Shown here: positions 35,664 through 46,003 of the stretch, piece after piece
Position numbering within the stretch: the first letter of the stretch is position 1
Layout: each line of letters begins with the position of its first letter
Source: a virus
Lineage: Duplodnaviria; Heunggongvirae; Uroviricota; Caudoviricetes
Direction: 5' to 3' (one strand)
Virus record (IMG/VR): IMGVR_UViG_3300044807_000039
Location: 1 to 64,000 of that record
DNA: 64,000 bases
The notes under the pieces: generated by a model
The model's database searches: none
What the model was told of the DNA's origin: nothing
The model's input: the letters and a program-made list of their open reading frames with translations, nothing else
Translations under genes and position numbers: made by a program

Positions 35664-36251
35664 ATGACCGAATATAGAATTTGGCCAACAACGGATGGTC
35701 CAGCAGGTTCTTTTACTGATGGACAACCAGTAAGCCAAGGAACCGAATTTATCGTAACTGCCAATGGTTGGGTTACCAAGATCTGGTATTGGCGAGCAAC
35801 CTCAGCAATGGGTACCACTCCTCCCCAAGGCCAGATTTTCCTTGTAACCAGTGCTTCTACTGGTACGCCAATAGACTCCCCAAAAACCTTTCCAGCTCCA
35901 ACGGGGCTAGGCTGGCAGTCGGTTACCCTAGATACTCCTATTGCAGTAATTCCAGGAGAAGCCTACAGGGCTGTAATTTACCATCCAAATGGGGAATATA
36001 CTGCTACACCAGGTAATAACTACTGGAATGCTGGTGGGCCTGGAGAATTTGGTATAGTAAATGGTATTCTAACAGCTCGCGCAGCGGCCGATAGTAATGG
36101 AGGACAAAGTACATTTAAATATGGCAGTGGTATTCAATATCCTGATTCGTCCTTTAACTCCGGTAACTACTGGGTAGATCTTAGTGTAAGCAATGTAGTG
36201 CCTGTTACTGGACCCACTAACCCCGGAGCATTTCTAGAGTTTCTTCGATAA
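35664..36251 (+). CDS. putative minor tail protein
   Basis: Gly/Thr/Pro-rich, 'NYWVDLS' motif. Confidence 0.35.
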   Translation: MTEYRIWPTTDGPAGSFTDGQPVSQGTEFIVTANGWVTKIWYWRATSAMGTTPPQGQIFLVTSASTGTPIDSPKTFPAPTGLGWQSVTLDTPIAVIPGEAYRAVIYHPNGEYTATPGNNYWNAGGPGEFGIVNGILTARAAADSNGGQSTFKYGSGIQYPDSSFNSGNYWVDLSVSNVVPVTGPTNPGAFLEFLR

Positions 36252-36300
36252 TTTTGTTACCTATATGCAATTGTGTTATACTTGCCGTAGGTGAAATGAA

Positions 36301-37110
36301 TTGAGCGAAATACTAGAAAATAAATACGAAATCTTTTTACGCAATACGGATATCGACCTACTGGCTGAAATTGCAGCCGGGGGTAGTTCGGGAGGTCTCG
36401 ATAACTATTATACTAAAACCCAAGCTAATGCAATTACTAATGCGTTAGCTGCCAGAGTAACTACTCTTGAGAGTTCGGGCGGGACAGACCTAACAAATTA
36501 TTTTACAAAGAATGAGGTCAACTCCGCTCTTGCAACCAAGCAGGCTATCAATGCAGACCTAACCGCAATCCTAGCTCTTTCACCTACTAATAATGATGTA
36601 ATCCAGCGTAAGGCCAATACGTGGACCAATAGGACCATGACTCAGGTCAAGCAGGATATGTCACTGGATAATGTAAACAACACCAGCGATGCCAACAAGC
36701 CTATTTCTACACTCACCCAAGCCGCCCTGGATCTTAAGGCAGCATTAACCGTAACCGACTCTCTAGATGGTCGTCTCGATGCGCTAGAAGCTTCTGGAGT
36801 CACCAACCTTACCTTCGCCACCACAACCAACGTAGATGCAGCAACCGGAAAGCATTTTAGATTAACCCTTACCGGCAATACTACACTTGCAAACCCAACT
36901 AATCTTGTGAATGGACAAAGAATTGTATTCGAGCTTATTCAGGATGGAACTGGTTCGCGTACTGTTGCTTTAGGAAGTAAATTCGCATTTGGTACAGATA
37001 TTGCCGGATACACTGCTTCAACCGAAGCAAGTAAGCGAGATTTTGTCGGTGCGATTTATAATTCAACTACCGATAAATTATATATAATCGCAGTAGCTAA
37101 GGGATACTAA
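36301..37110 (+). CDS. tail fibre-like protein
   Basis: repeats 'NYYTKTQANAI'/'NYFTKNEVNSAL', T/S/N-rich. Confidence 0.5.
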   Translation: MSEILENKYEIFLRNTDIDLLAEIAAGGSSGGLDNYYTKTQANAITNALAARVTTLESSGGTDLTNYFTKNEVNSALATKQAINADLTAILALSPTNNDVIQRKANTWTNRTMTQVKQDMSLDNVNNTSDANKPISTLTQAALDLKAALTVTDSLDGRLDALEASGVTNLTFATTTNVDAATGKHFRLTLTGNTTLANPTNLVNGQRIVFELIQDGTGSRTVALGSKFAFGTDIAGYTASTEASKRDFVGAIYNSTTDKLYIIAVAKGY

Positions 37111-37123
37111 AGTAGCTACAACC

Positions 37124-37168
37124 AAAGCCCAATCGACATTTATATTTAATTAATAGTCGATTGGGCTT
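37124..37168 (+). terminator. 13-bp stem terminator
   Basis: AAAGCCCAATCGAC..GTCGATTGGGCTT. Confidence 0.55.
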
Positions 37169-37448
37169 AGTACTATCCAATAGTTGTTAGGAAGATCGGC
37201 TTGTGCTAAGCTTCTTGTATGCAGGCTAACATTTCTGAAGAACTTATGGACGTAGCAAAAATACACACGCTCGATATAGCTATAGCTGGTCAGAAACTCG
37301 ATCAACTAGCTCTCGCCAAGGGTGGAGAGACATGTGCTTATACCGCACGGCAACGAGTTAAAAGGCTCGAATATGATGGATTACCAACAATAGAAGCTAT
37401 CCGTGATGTATTCCGGTTGGTTGCAAATGACAAACTTTAGGTTGAGAA

Positions 37449-38000
37449 ATGGATAAAATTAAAAACCTCGTAACAATAAGACACGGATCACATCTGTATA
37501 ATTTAGCTCGTCCAAATTCAGATCTTGATCTCTATACGGTATACACCTTTCTTAATAGACGCTATAGGCCAAAGAAACAGGTCGTGCAGGAAATTGAGGG
37601 TGAAACAGATAGCGTCAAAATTAGCGATGTTAAATTCACCGAGCAAATACACAAGGGAGTTCCACAAGCCCTGGAAGCTCTGTTTGCTGAAAAAGAATTT
37701 TGGTTAGACGCTGATCCCAACTGGGAAGATTTACGCTTGCATTATCGCGATCAAATCAATATTTATACGGTGCTGGATACCTACAAGCGTACAATTCGTA
37801 ATTTTTTTGAGCTAGATGACATTAAAAAGAACAGGCATGGTTTTAGATTACTACTTAATGCAGACAGCATGATCCAGGACGGCTATTTTAATCCAACGCT
37901 CTCCGATGATATGACTGCCGAGATTACAAAATGGGCAAACCAATCGTATGAAAAGCGATTAGAAACCTATCATGACCTACTATGGAGAGTGTTCCGATGA
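37449..38000 (+). CDS. nucleotidyltransferase-fold protein
   Basis: 'GSHLYNLARPNSDLDLY' NTase motif (GS..D.D). Confidence 0.5.
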   Translation: MDKIKNLVTIRHGSHLYNLARPNSDLDLYTVYTFLNRRYRPKKQVVQEIEGETDSVKISDVKFTEQIHKGVPQALEALFAEKEFWLDADPNWEDLRLHYRDQINIYTVLDTYKRTIRNFFELDDIKKNRHGFRLLLNADSMIQDGYFNPTLSDDMTAEITKWANQSYEKRLETYHDLLWRVFR

Positions 38001-39076
38001 AAATAGATCGTGTTTTTGACACAAAGAAATTAGATAAATATATAACCGAAGGATATATTTCCGCGCGCAGGCATCCCCATCTTCCGTTGACCATTTACAA
38101 TTACACTCCTAAAACTCAGTGGGAGAGGAAATGGGATGAGGTTACTAAGCGGTGTCGCGGACTTATTGTAGATTGGCGCGGGGAGGTTGTAGGAAACTGC
38201 TTAACTAAGTTCTTTAATTACAACGAACCCAATGCAGAAGACGTAAGGACTGACGGACCAGTACAGGTTACCGATAAGCTTGACGGTAGCTATTTAGCCG
38301 TTTGTATTTATGAAGGTAACATTGTCACTGCAACTCGTGGTAGCTTTGAAAGTGATCAAGCAAAAGTAGCAGCCCAAATAATTCGTTCTACTACCGAATA
38401 CCAGGATGCATTACGATTCCTGTGCGCAGGTCATAGCACTGCAATCTTTGAGGTTATCTATCCAGAAAACCGTATTGTTTTAGATTACGGCCCAATGCGA
38501 GATATCGTTCTTATTGGTACAATTGCAAACTTTGAACTAGCTGACGGTAAGCAATTATGGACTCCAGCAATAGGATTGAATTGGCCGGGGCAGATTGTAG
38601 AGCATTTTGACTGCAATAGCTTTACCGAAGCAATGGCAATGCCACCCAGAGACAACGCAGAAGGTATTGTAATCTATTTTGAAAATACCGGTGATCGTTT
38701 GAAGATGAAGCAAGATCGCTACATAGAGTTACACAAGCTTATCTTTGATCTTACTCCTAAGCGTATCTGGGAACGTCGTAGCGATGGCGAAAGCCTGTGT
38801 GGTATCCTTCAAGGTCTACCGGATGAGTTCCGAGATGCGGTAGAATTGTTCGACGCAGAGCTATCGTTGCAGGTAGAGCAAGTTCTACAAGAAGTTGACG
38901 CAGCGATGGCTAGAGTGTATGCTAGGCTTCCTGATCCATACACCCGTAAGGATTTTGCGATGGCTGTGCGTAACGAACGTTACTCACACTTGATGTTTCA
39001 AGCACTTGACGAAGATCATGCAGGGCTGCTAGAGTCTGCATGGAAGCTAGTTAAGCCAACCAAAGACTCACTATAA
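37997..39076 (+). CDS. ATP-dependent RNA ligase (Rnl-family)
   Basis: motif I 'DKLDGS' (KxDG), motif IV 'EGIVIY', motif V 'LKMKQD'; adjacent to Pnkp. Confidence 0.6.
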   Translation: MKIDRVFDTKKLDKYITEGYISARRHPHLPLTIYNYTPKTQWERKWDEVTKRCRGLIVDWRGEVVGNCLTKFFNYNEPNAEDVRTDGPVQVTDKLDGSYLAVCIYEGNIVTATRGSFESDQAKVAAQIIRSTTEYQDALRFLCAGHSTAIFEVIYPENRIVLDYGPMRDIVLIGTIANFELADGKQLWTPAIGLNWPGQIVEHFDCNSFTEAMAMPPRDNAEGIVIYFENTGDRLKMKQDRYIELHKLIFDLTPKRIWERRSDGESLCGILQGLPDEFRDAVELFDAELSLQVEQVLQEVDAAMARVYARLPDPYTRKDFAMAVRNERYSHLMFQALDEDHAGLLESAWKLVKPTKDSL

Positions 39077-39085
39077 GGAGCGCTC

Positions 39086-40009
39086 ATGCCCCCTAAGCTT
39101 ACTATTTATCGCGGCCTGCCTGCCTCCGGAAAATCCACCCTTGCTAAGAAGAAGGTTCAGGAGCTTCTGGAGCAGGGCATCAAGGCCATTAACATAGATC
39201 GGGATATCTTTCGGCTGGTTAACGGCTTCGGGATCGAGCCCACTGGTGAATTTGAAAATGTGATTACCGCTGCACAGCGTGCGATCATGAAGCAAGGATT
39301 CCTTAAGGGTTGGCACGTCATTGAGAGTTCCACCAACCTGCGCGTAAGCTACATTAAGGAAATGATCGAGGTTGCAGAGTTTTATGGGGTAGAGGTCGAG
39401 ATCATCGATGTCAATGTCCCTATTGAAACCTGCATCGTTCGAGACGTGACGCGTGCAAACCAGGGTGGTCACTATGTAGGTGAGGAGGCAATTCGAGGAA
39501 TTGCTAAGCGATTCATGCCAAAGGGCAAGTTTCCGGCCGTTCCGAAAGCCAATCCACCTATCGAGGCAGAACCGTATATTCCTGACATCACCCTGCCGAC
39601 TGCCATTATTGTAGATATTGACGGAACTGTTGCGGAAATGGAAGGCCGTAGTCCTTACGACTACACCTTGGTTTCTACTGACAAGCCGAAGCAGTGGGTA
39701 ATTGATCGCGTTCGAGAAGCTAATATGCTTGGGCACAAGATCATCTTCATGTCTGGTCGAGAGGCTACGTGCGTGGAGGACACCCATGCATGGATCACCA
39801 AGTACATTAGTATCGAGCATTTTGAGCTGTACATGCGCGCAGCAGGTGACACTAAGCGAATGGACGCGATTGTCAAGATCGAGCTTTTCGATAAGTACCT
39901 GCGCAGCTTCTACAACGTTCTGTACTGCATTGATGATCGTACGCAGGTTATCAACGCATACCGAGCAATGGGGTTGAACGTTATGGACGTTGCAGGTAAC
40001 CCTTTCTAG
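39086..40009 (+). CDS. pnkp: polynucleotide 5'-kinase/3'-phosphatase (T4 Pnk-like)
   Basis: P-loop 'GLPASGKST'; HAD 'VDIDGTVA', 'GRSPYD', 'IDDRTQV' matching T4 Pnk. Confidence 0.85.
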   Translation: MPPKLTIYRGLPASGKSTLAKKKVQELLEQGIKAINIDRDIFRLVNGFGIEPTGEFENVITAAQRAIMKQGFLKGWHVIESSTNLRVSYIKEMIEVAEFYGVEVEIIDVNVPIETCIVRDVTRANQGGHYVGEEAIRGIAKRFMPKGKFPAVPKANPPIEAEPYIPDITLPTAIIVDIDGTVAEMEGRSPYDYTLVSTDKPKQWVIDRVREANMLGHKIIFMSGREATCVEDTHAWITKYISIEHFELYMRAAGDTKRMDAIVKIELFDKYLRSFYNVLYCIDDRTQVINAYRAMGLNVMDVAGNPF

Positions 40010-40023
40010 GGCTATAATAAGCT

Positions 40024-40053
40024 ATACGGGGCTGCTTAATTGCAGCCCCGTAT
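40024..40053 (+). terminator. perfect 12-bp hairpin terminator
   Basis: ATACGGGGCTGC-TTAATT-GCAGCCCCGTAT. Confidence 0.6.
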
Positions 40054-40059
40054 ACTTAT

Positions 40060-40335
40060 GTGGAGGAAAAATTGATTCCTGAAAATATAATTAGAGCAAT
40101 GCGCATGCAGAAAGCAATATCCGGCAAGAGCTTTGAAAAAGACGGCTTGCATTTTACTATTGACTTCAAAGTAATAGAATCCACGTTTCCTGTCTTTATG
40201 AATGAAATGGTTCAGCAGTCCCTTGGGGAAGTTGATCGCTCTCTGTATGACGAAGGTTACATTGCGTACACAGTACTAAAAGATGGTAGACTTCAATGGA
40301 AGCCAACGCGGAAACTTCAAACACGCATGCTATAA
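40060..40335 (+). CDS. hypothetical protein
   Basis: 91 aa. Confidence 0.4.
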   Translation: MEEKLIPENIIRAMRMQKAISGKSFEKDGLHFTIDFKVIESTFPVFMNEMVQQSLGEVDRSLYDEGYIAYTVLKDGRLQWKPTRKLQTRML

Positions 40336-40532
40336 TGGCAGCATGGAAAGTTTTGAGTTCAATGTAAAAATGAAAGTTACGCTCCCAGCTTTTAACGCAA
40401 GCGACGCCGAAGAAGCTGTGCGAGATGCTCTAGAGGATATTGATGCTCTTGGGGCCACCGTTACTGACTTGATAGTTGACCTTGAACCCGGGGAGGGCTA
40501 AGATCATTCTAGATAATAAAATAGGAGGCACC

Positions 40533-40712
40533 ATGCTAGTAAAAGAAGAAGTAGTAGAGCTTGTAACTCCAGGTTTATGTGACCGTTGCGGAGTGCGAGC
40601 CTTATATATTGCTAGCAAAGGAGTGCTAACGTTAATGTTTTGTGGACATCATGGCGACAAGCTTAAGCAGGCTCTTGCCAGTAGTGGGTTCAAGATTGAC
40701 GAGCTAAGTTAG
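40533..40712 (+). CDS. small zinc-binding protein
   Basis: RBS AGGAGG; 'CDRCG...CGHH'. Confidence 0.4.
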   Translation: MLVKEEVVELVTPGLCDRCGVRALYIASKGVLTLMFCGHHGDKLKQALASSGFKIDELS

Positions 40713-40722
40713 TTGATGAGCC

Positions 40723-41073
40723 ATGGACGTATTTGCTGTAGTCCTATTCACCGGAATTCTACTGTTCGCCGTCTTCCTTGCTACGGAGCGAAACAAGCAG
40801 CGCGCAAAACCATTTAAAAGGAAAGAGCTATTCATGCCAGAACCGATTGAAGAAGAAATTAATGACATCGCGGAGGACTTCTACGGAGACAAGAGTTCGC
40901 ATCTAGAGTTTCTTCTGGGTATTGCTTTGATCAGTGTTTTAGATACATTAGACAATCCAGACGAATACGATGACGACTCCTATAAAAACGTCTATGCCGA
41001 CGCAGATGAGTGGGCGGCTATGTTCCGTCTAAAATACAGTAAGGAAATTGTAGATCGTGGCGTCCCTTCTTAA
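40723..41073 (+). CDS. TM + acidic hypothetical protein
   Basis: 116 aa. Confidence 0.4.
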   Translation: MDVFAVVLFTGILLFAVFLATERNKQRAKPFKRKELFMPEPIEEEINDIAEDFYGDKSSHLEFLLGIALISVLDTLDNPDEYDDDSYKNVYADADEWAAMFRLKYSKEIVDRGVPS

Positions 41074-41500
41074 AACTAAAAGAATCCTGGTCACCGGTTC
41101 AAGAGACTGGGAAGACTATAACACTGTAGCTAGGCAGCTAGCAATAGCATTTGCCGATGCTTGGGAGAAGGGCTACGCAAAAGTAATTGTGGTCCACGGT
41201 GATTGTCCATCCGGCGCGGATGCCATGGCACAGGAATTTGTCAACAAGGTGCAAGGAGCTATCCATAGCCTACAAATTAAAGCTGAGCGCCATCCTGCCA
41301 AGTGGTACGAGCATGACGAGAATTGCCACCACCAGCCTTCTAAGAGCTGTCCAGCGGCGGGACCAAGGCGAAACAAGCAGATGGTAGACCTTGGAGCAGA
41401 TATTTGCCTGGCATTCATCAAGAACTATAGCAAAGGTGCTACCGGGTGTGCTAAGCTGGCAGCAAAGTCCAACATCGAGGTTAAATACGAACGGGAGTAG
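41057..41500 (+). CDS. SLOG/DUF2493-like (DprA-like Rossmann) protein
   Basis: 'ILVTGSRDW..VVHGDCPSGADAMAQEF'. Confidence 0.4.
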   Translation: MASLLKTKRILVTGSRDWEDYNTVARQLAIAFADAWEKGYAKVIVVHGDCPSGADAMAQEFVNKVQGAIHSLQIKAERHPAKWYEHDENCHHQPSKSCPAAGPRRNKQMVDLGADICLAFIKNYSKGATGCAKLAAKSNIEVKYERE

Positions 41501-41502
41501 CC

Positions 41503-41688
41503 ATGCAACTCCAGGATATATTTCAAAGGGTAGTCCGAGCGAACAGAGTGCAGGACGTCAAGGGTAAATGTATTATCTGCACCAAGCCGTTTTCGGACTG
41601 CCCGCACACCCTGAACGCAGTACAGTCGTTCATAGCGTTGTACGACATTTACAGTAAGGTATCGATTGTGACCGACTACAAGGATTAA
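41503..41688 (+). CDS. small zinc-binding protein
   Basis: 'CIICTKPFSDCPHT'. Confidence 0.4.
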   Translation: MQLQDIFQRVVRANRVQDVKGKCIICTKPFSDCPHTLNAVQSFIALYDIYSKVSIVTDYKD

Positions 41689-41689
41689 T

Positions 41690-42403
41690 ATGCATAAAAT
41701 ACCACTTTTGTTTAAACGAGAAGGCAAATATGCTATTCCCGAGATTAATCCCCCGGCTGCTTGGGTACTTGAAGAAGTAACCATTGCTCACCGTAAATAT
41801 GATGGCACCGCAATGATGTTTGACGGATATAATTGGTGGGTCCGCAGGCAGGTTGGACCAGATAAAACATCACCTCCTGGTTTTGTTGAGGTCGAACATG
41901 ATCCCAATACTAATAAAATCTTTGGCTGGGATCCTGTAAGCATCTCTGGTTTCTTTGAATTTTGGAAAGAGGCTTTAGCTCAACGTCCTTTGGATTGCGA
42001 CATCTTAGATTTGCGCAACAGCGTATATGAACCAGGAACCTATGAGCTATTAGGTCCAAAGATCAACGGGAACCCTGAGAAGCTTAAGAACCATAGGTTG
42101 ATGCCGCATAATAGGGCACAGCAGCTAGGAGATATTCAATTCCTAGAATTGGATCTTGTGCAAAGCGTAGAACAGGCGTACGATGATCTTAGGAAGGTTC
42201 TCGCCTATCTCCCTATAGAGGGAATTGTTTTTAAGGATCAGAAGCAGGAAAAGATGGCTAAGCTTCGCCGCAAGGACTTTAACTTTGAGAAAGAGGAACT
42301 AAATGCGAGGGTTCAAGAATCCCGTGAACGCGAAAGAGGCTTCCTGTCCGACGTGTTTAAGCGGGAAGGTAATGACTGGCAGACACCAGGAGTTCAACGC
42401 TAG
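41690..42403 (+). CDS. minimal ATP-dependent ligase-like nucleotidyltransferase (KxDG)
   Basis: motif I 'RKYDGT', motif IV 'EGIVFK', motif V 'KMAKLRRK'. Confidence 0.45.
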   Translation: MHKIPLLFKREGKYAIPEINPPAAWVLEEVTIAHRKYDGTAMMFDGYNWWVRRQVGPDKTSPPGFVEVEHDPNTNKIFGWDPVSISGFFEFWKEALAQRPLDCDILDLRNSVYEPGTYELLGPKINGNPEKLKNHRLMPHNRAQQLGDIQFLELDLVQSVEQAYDDLRKVLAYLPIEGIVFKDQKQEKMAKLRRKDFNFEKEELNARVQESRERERGFLSDVFKREGNDWQTPGVQR

Positions 42404-42453
42404 AAATGCGAAGGGCATACAGGTTTGCCCCGATTGTGTAATAAAGGAATTGT

Positions 42454-42831
42454 ATGCCGAAGCCCAAGCCAGAACCCAAATGGAAAGTGGAATTTCTCAA
42501 GAACCCAAAGGACCTGATAGTTTATAGCTTTGGCCACCTAATGCAATGTATCAGCAGACGCTATAAAGAAACATTTGATATTTATGCGCGGGTGGATGGT
42601 GAATGGATCTATTGCTACCACAATGAGTTAATATTGCATTGTCGTTGCGGCAGAGATTATAATGGCTTTAGATTCAGGGCTAGTTTTATGGACAATCCCA
42701 GGACGCTAGAAGATCAGCTAACATGGTTAAAGCTACCAGTATTGTGTATGGTCTGCTATTACCAGGGTGAAATTCTTAAAGGAAACTGGGCTCCAGCCGA
42801 AGTTCATAAAGAATTAGGGTTAGAAAAGTAA
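42454..42831 (+). CDS. hypothetical Cys-rich protein
   Basis: 125 aa. Confidence 0.4.
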   Translation: MPKPKPEPKWKVEFLKNPKDLIVYSFGHLMQCISRRYKETFDIYARVDGEWIYCYHNELILHCRCGRDYNGFRFRASFMDNPRTLEDQLTWLKLPVLCMVCYYQGEILKGNWAPAEVHKELGLEK

Positions 42832-43042
42832 TTATGTTATAATCTCTTGTATAGGAGGTTATGACACATGGCAAATGAAACAGCAGCACAGCGTTTTGTT
42901 AGAGACTGGGATAGTATGCTAGACGATCGTAAGACTCGCGGACTAGACAACCAGTCCCTAGAGCGTGTTCGTCGTGAGTACGTTGCCCCAGATGGCTCAA
43001 CTCCAGCTGACGACGACAACGTGCACTAATCGTAAAACTTAT

Positions 43043-43069
43043 AGCAGCCCCTCACTCCGAGGGGCTGCT
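43043..43069 (+). terminator. hairpin terminator
   Basis: AGCAGCCCCTC..GAGGGGCTGCT. Confidence 0.5.
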
Positions 43070-43097
43070 TACGTACCTAAAAGAAAGAAGTGCTAAA

Positions 43098-43313
43098 ATG
43101 GGTATCACCCTAGAACAAGCAGAAAAGATCGTCGAAACGCATGATAACCTTTTCTGGGATGGATGGGATCTTGTAGTTGTTAATCCAAAGATTAATGGCT
43201 ACGCCAAGGTCTCCGGCATCTTTCACCAGGGGCAGTGGTGCGTGAGAAAGGTAATTAAGATTAATGCAAATGGACTCTACGGTCTTCCACAGCGATACAA
43301 GATCGCTGCTTGA
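43098..43313 (+). CDS. hypothetical protein
   Basis: 71 aa. Confidence 0.4.
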   Translation: MGITLEQAEKIVETHDNLFWDGWDLVVVNPKINGYAKVSGIFHQGQWCVRKVIKINANGLYGLPQRYKIAA

Positions 43314-43614
43314 ACAGATAGGGATCGACCCGCGCGATTTTGAGTGGCAACACCTTGCGGCTTGTACTGGATATCCAACTAATCTCTTTTTCGAGGATTA
43401 TGAAAAGGACCCAGTACAAGCCCAACAAGTTGACCAGCTTTGCATTAGTTGTCCGGTCGCGCGAGAATGCTTTAAATTAGGAGTGGACACCAAATCAACC
43501 GGGGTATTCGGAGGGTTCTATCTTAGCAACGGTGAGCCTGCCAAAACAAGAAATTCACATAAAACTCAAGAAGTGGCAATGAGATTGGCATCAAAGGTAT
43601 TTGGTAATGACTAG
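43264..43614 (+). CDS. WhiB-like Fe-S transcription factor
   Basis: 'AACTGYPTNLFF...CISCPVARECFKLG' WhiB Cys pattern (C..CPV...C). Confidence 0.65.
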   Translation: MQMDSTVFHSDTRSLLEQIGIDPRDFEWQHLAACTGYPTNLFFEDYEKDPVQAQQVDQLCISCPVARECFKLGVDTKSTGVFGGFYLSNGEPAKTRNSHKTQEVAMRLASKVFGND

Positions 43615-43870
43615 TTATTGTGCCATAGCCAAGCATATATTGTCTTCTAATCCTCCACCTTATCGTACATTCCTATGTCACGTTGTAGAATTGGACGAAT
43701 ATCCCGGAGTAGTGTTCTTGCGGATGTATGCACAGAATTTAGCAGAACATAGCGATAATCAAATTGCGGGTATCACCGAATGGCTAAATAAGGTATTGCG
43801 GTTGCTTAACGAACATCCACTAGTAGTTGCTCCTTACACTCATCTAATAACGGAGGAGAACCCGCGATGA
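43601..43870 (+). CDS. hypothetical protein
   Basis: 89 aa. Confidence 0.4.
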   Translation: MVMTSYCAIAKHILSSNPPPYRTFLCHVVELDEYPGVVFLRMYAQNLAEHSDNQIAGITEWLNKVLRLLNEHPLVVAPYTHLITEENPR

Positions 43871-44026
43871 AATTAGCGTACGTCCCGGAAGCTGGAGTAC
43901 TGGGCATTATTCAAAATATTACACGCTATGGGGCAGATGCAACTTGGTTTGTAGATGGTATTCGCTACCATTCTTACCTTGAGGTTGATGAATACACCCT
44001 ATTCAGCGATTTTAAGGAAGGAATAG

Positions 44027-44281
44027 ATGACTGACGAAAGTGCTAGATTGCGATGCCAAAGTTGCGATTTACCAAAACAAAGCCTTGAGCGTGTTGAATC
44101 TAGGATTGCTACCGCCTGGAAGCTTAATCTTTGTCGAGAATGTCAAAAGGATCGTTTCGAACCAAGATTCCTTATCATTCTTGCTATTAGACAATTTGGC
44201 TTAAGTCCGAAGATTTCTGAATATATTAAAAAGCGTCGCTATGTAGGCGAAGATATACGCGCTGTTGAAATCTTACAGTAA
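44027..44281 (+). CDS. zinc-binding small protein
   Basis: 'CQSCD...CRECQKD'. Confidence 0.45.
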   Translation: MTDESARLRCQSCDLPKQSLERVESRIATAWKLNLCRECQKDRFEPRFLIILAIRQFGLSPKISEYIKKRRYVGEDIRAVEILQ

Positions 44282-44322
44282 CTCGCTTTGACTCGTAACC
44301 CATTTTAATATAAAATGGACAT

Positions 44323-44745
44323 ATGACGATAAGAATGAAAGTAGGGTTCAACAGGTTCGCTGAACATATTAATCGCTACTTTCAGGAAGCGATCGAGGTA
44401 ATTCTGGTATTTGCCATGCTTGTTTTTGGTATTATTACCTTGTTGCCTATGCAGCTTCTTCCTGGAGCAACATCCGTATACGTGTCGAACCTGGCCAAAG
44501 TACCCTTTGGTCTACTTCTTGTCGTCCCCAGCAGTATTATCCTTTGGTTGCGCACAAGGCATAACATACACGATTACGTCTTTCTATTTAAAAAGCATCG
44601 ACAGCAGTGCTTGTTTTATATGACCATAGGTTGGTTGTACCTGACGGTACTTCGTGTTACGATTTCATACTTCCCACCATTTTATGTATTGTATTTCTGC
44701 CTAGGGCTCATTACCTACCTTTGTTACGTGAGGTTGAGTAAATGA
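44323..44745 (+). CDS. integral membrane protein (3-4 TM)
   Basis: hydrophobic segments. Confidence 0.45.
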   Translation: MTIRMKVGFNRFAEHINRYFQEAIEVILVFAMLVFGIITLLPMQLLPGATSVYVSNLAKVPFGLLLVVPSSIILWLRTRHNIHDYVFLFKKHRQQCLFYMTIGWLYLTVLRVTISYFPPFYVLYFCLGLITYLCYVRLSK

Positions 44746-45083
44746 GCGGTTGGCAGGACGTAATAGTAGCCTTGGTTTCTGCGTTAACTGGTGGTGGATT
44801 CATTAAGTTTATGGAGAGCTGGTTAAGTCGAAATAAACAAAGATCCGAGCAGGATAAGCAATTCAGGGATGAGCTACGTGGAGAGGCCGAAGGTCTCCGT
44901 AAGCAATTAGAATCCATTAAGCTTGAGCTATCCAATACCGAGAAGGAATTGGATGAGTTTAAAGAAAAGTATTGGAAGGTTTATACCGAATACCAGCAAT
45001 TTAAGCTACAGGTATATGGTATCCTCCTAGCCAATGGCATCAAACCGGCTGATGTAATGCCTTCAGATTCAAAGGGGGTATGA
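44742..45083 (+). CDS. N-terminal TM + coiled-coil protein (holin-like?)
   Basis: TM 'VIVALVSALTGGGFI' then charged coiled coil. Confidence 0.4.
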   Translation: MSGWQDVIVALVSALTGGGFIKFMESWLSRNKQRSEQDKQFRDELRGEAEGLRKQLESIKLELSNTEKELDEFKEKYWKVYTEYQQFKLQVYGILLANGIKPADVMPSDSKGV

Positions 45084-45495
45084 TGCATCAGCATATTTTT
45101 ACGGCGGGAGCAGTCAGAAGCAATCAAACCTTTAGATATTGCACCGTAAAAGGATGTACGCTGATGCTCGCCTATTACAAAGATAATAAAAGGGCCGAGG
45201 AAAGAATAAATAACGACACAGTCTTTTATGAAGAGTTAGCAAGGAAATATAATGTTGGATGAAGAGTCATTAAATCATGTGGTAGAGTACTTCCTGTTGC
45301 GTAATATCAAATGGAAGTTCAAGGAAGGCCCGACACGTATTCCAACCCGGGCTGAATTAAAAATACTACTTGACGATTGCATCCAAACTGTGCAAGAATC
45401 AGAAGTGAGCATAAGCGTAGAAATTGGTAGCGTGCTGGTTAAACGAACAGACGACCATATAGATATCTACGTGCATGCGGGAGAGCTAAGGGACT

Positions 45496-45723
45496 ATGAG
45501 CGAGACATTTCCGTGTAAATGCGGTGCCACCTGGACAGGTTATCTACGAGCGCACTGCGCAGCAAAGGGTTGCCATAAAACCTTTGGTGGTGTAACATCG
45601 TTTGACGCGCACCGCCAAGGTGATAGGTGTGCAACTCCTGAAAGTCTAGGACTGCACGACAATGGCAATGGCGTATGGAGCGCTAATTATATAAGGGAAC
45701 CATCCGATGTACATCAGTCTTGA
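45496..45723 (+). CDS. zinc-binding small protein
   Basis: 'CKCGATW...HCAAKGCHK'. Confidence 0.4.
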   Translation: MSETFPCKCGATWTGYLRAHCAAKGCHKTFGGVTSFDAHRQGDRCATPESLGLHDNGNGVWSANYIREPSDVHQS

Positions 45724-46003
45724 AATGGATGAGGTTTTTGATGTAGGATGGTTTCCAGATCGGGATCGGGAACAGTATTGGCCCGATGAGGAAAAACTTA
45801 AATTAAGGGGCTTGCCCCGTTGTAAAGTTCGTGCTAAAGTAGCCAGAACCCGACGAAGGAGCAACCATGGATGAGCTGATTGTTACCTATTTTAGCGTTG
45901 CACCTGCCGACTTTGATGCTATGCTGGCAGCGATCAACGAACCACCCCGGGAAATGCCCAAGCTGCGACAGCTCTTTGAGCAGCCTTCACCTTTTAAGGA
46001 GCA

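Noticed and set aside
8300-36000. Conventional one-piece tmRNA (ssrA) within the tRNA arrays
   Set aside because: Looked for a 5' GGGG...acceptor paired with a 3' T-arm-ACCA separated by ~300 nt with a tag reading frame ending in ..AA-stop. None found. Only the permuted half-order modules at 15959-16258 remain as a speculative two-piece alternative.
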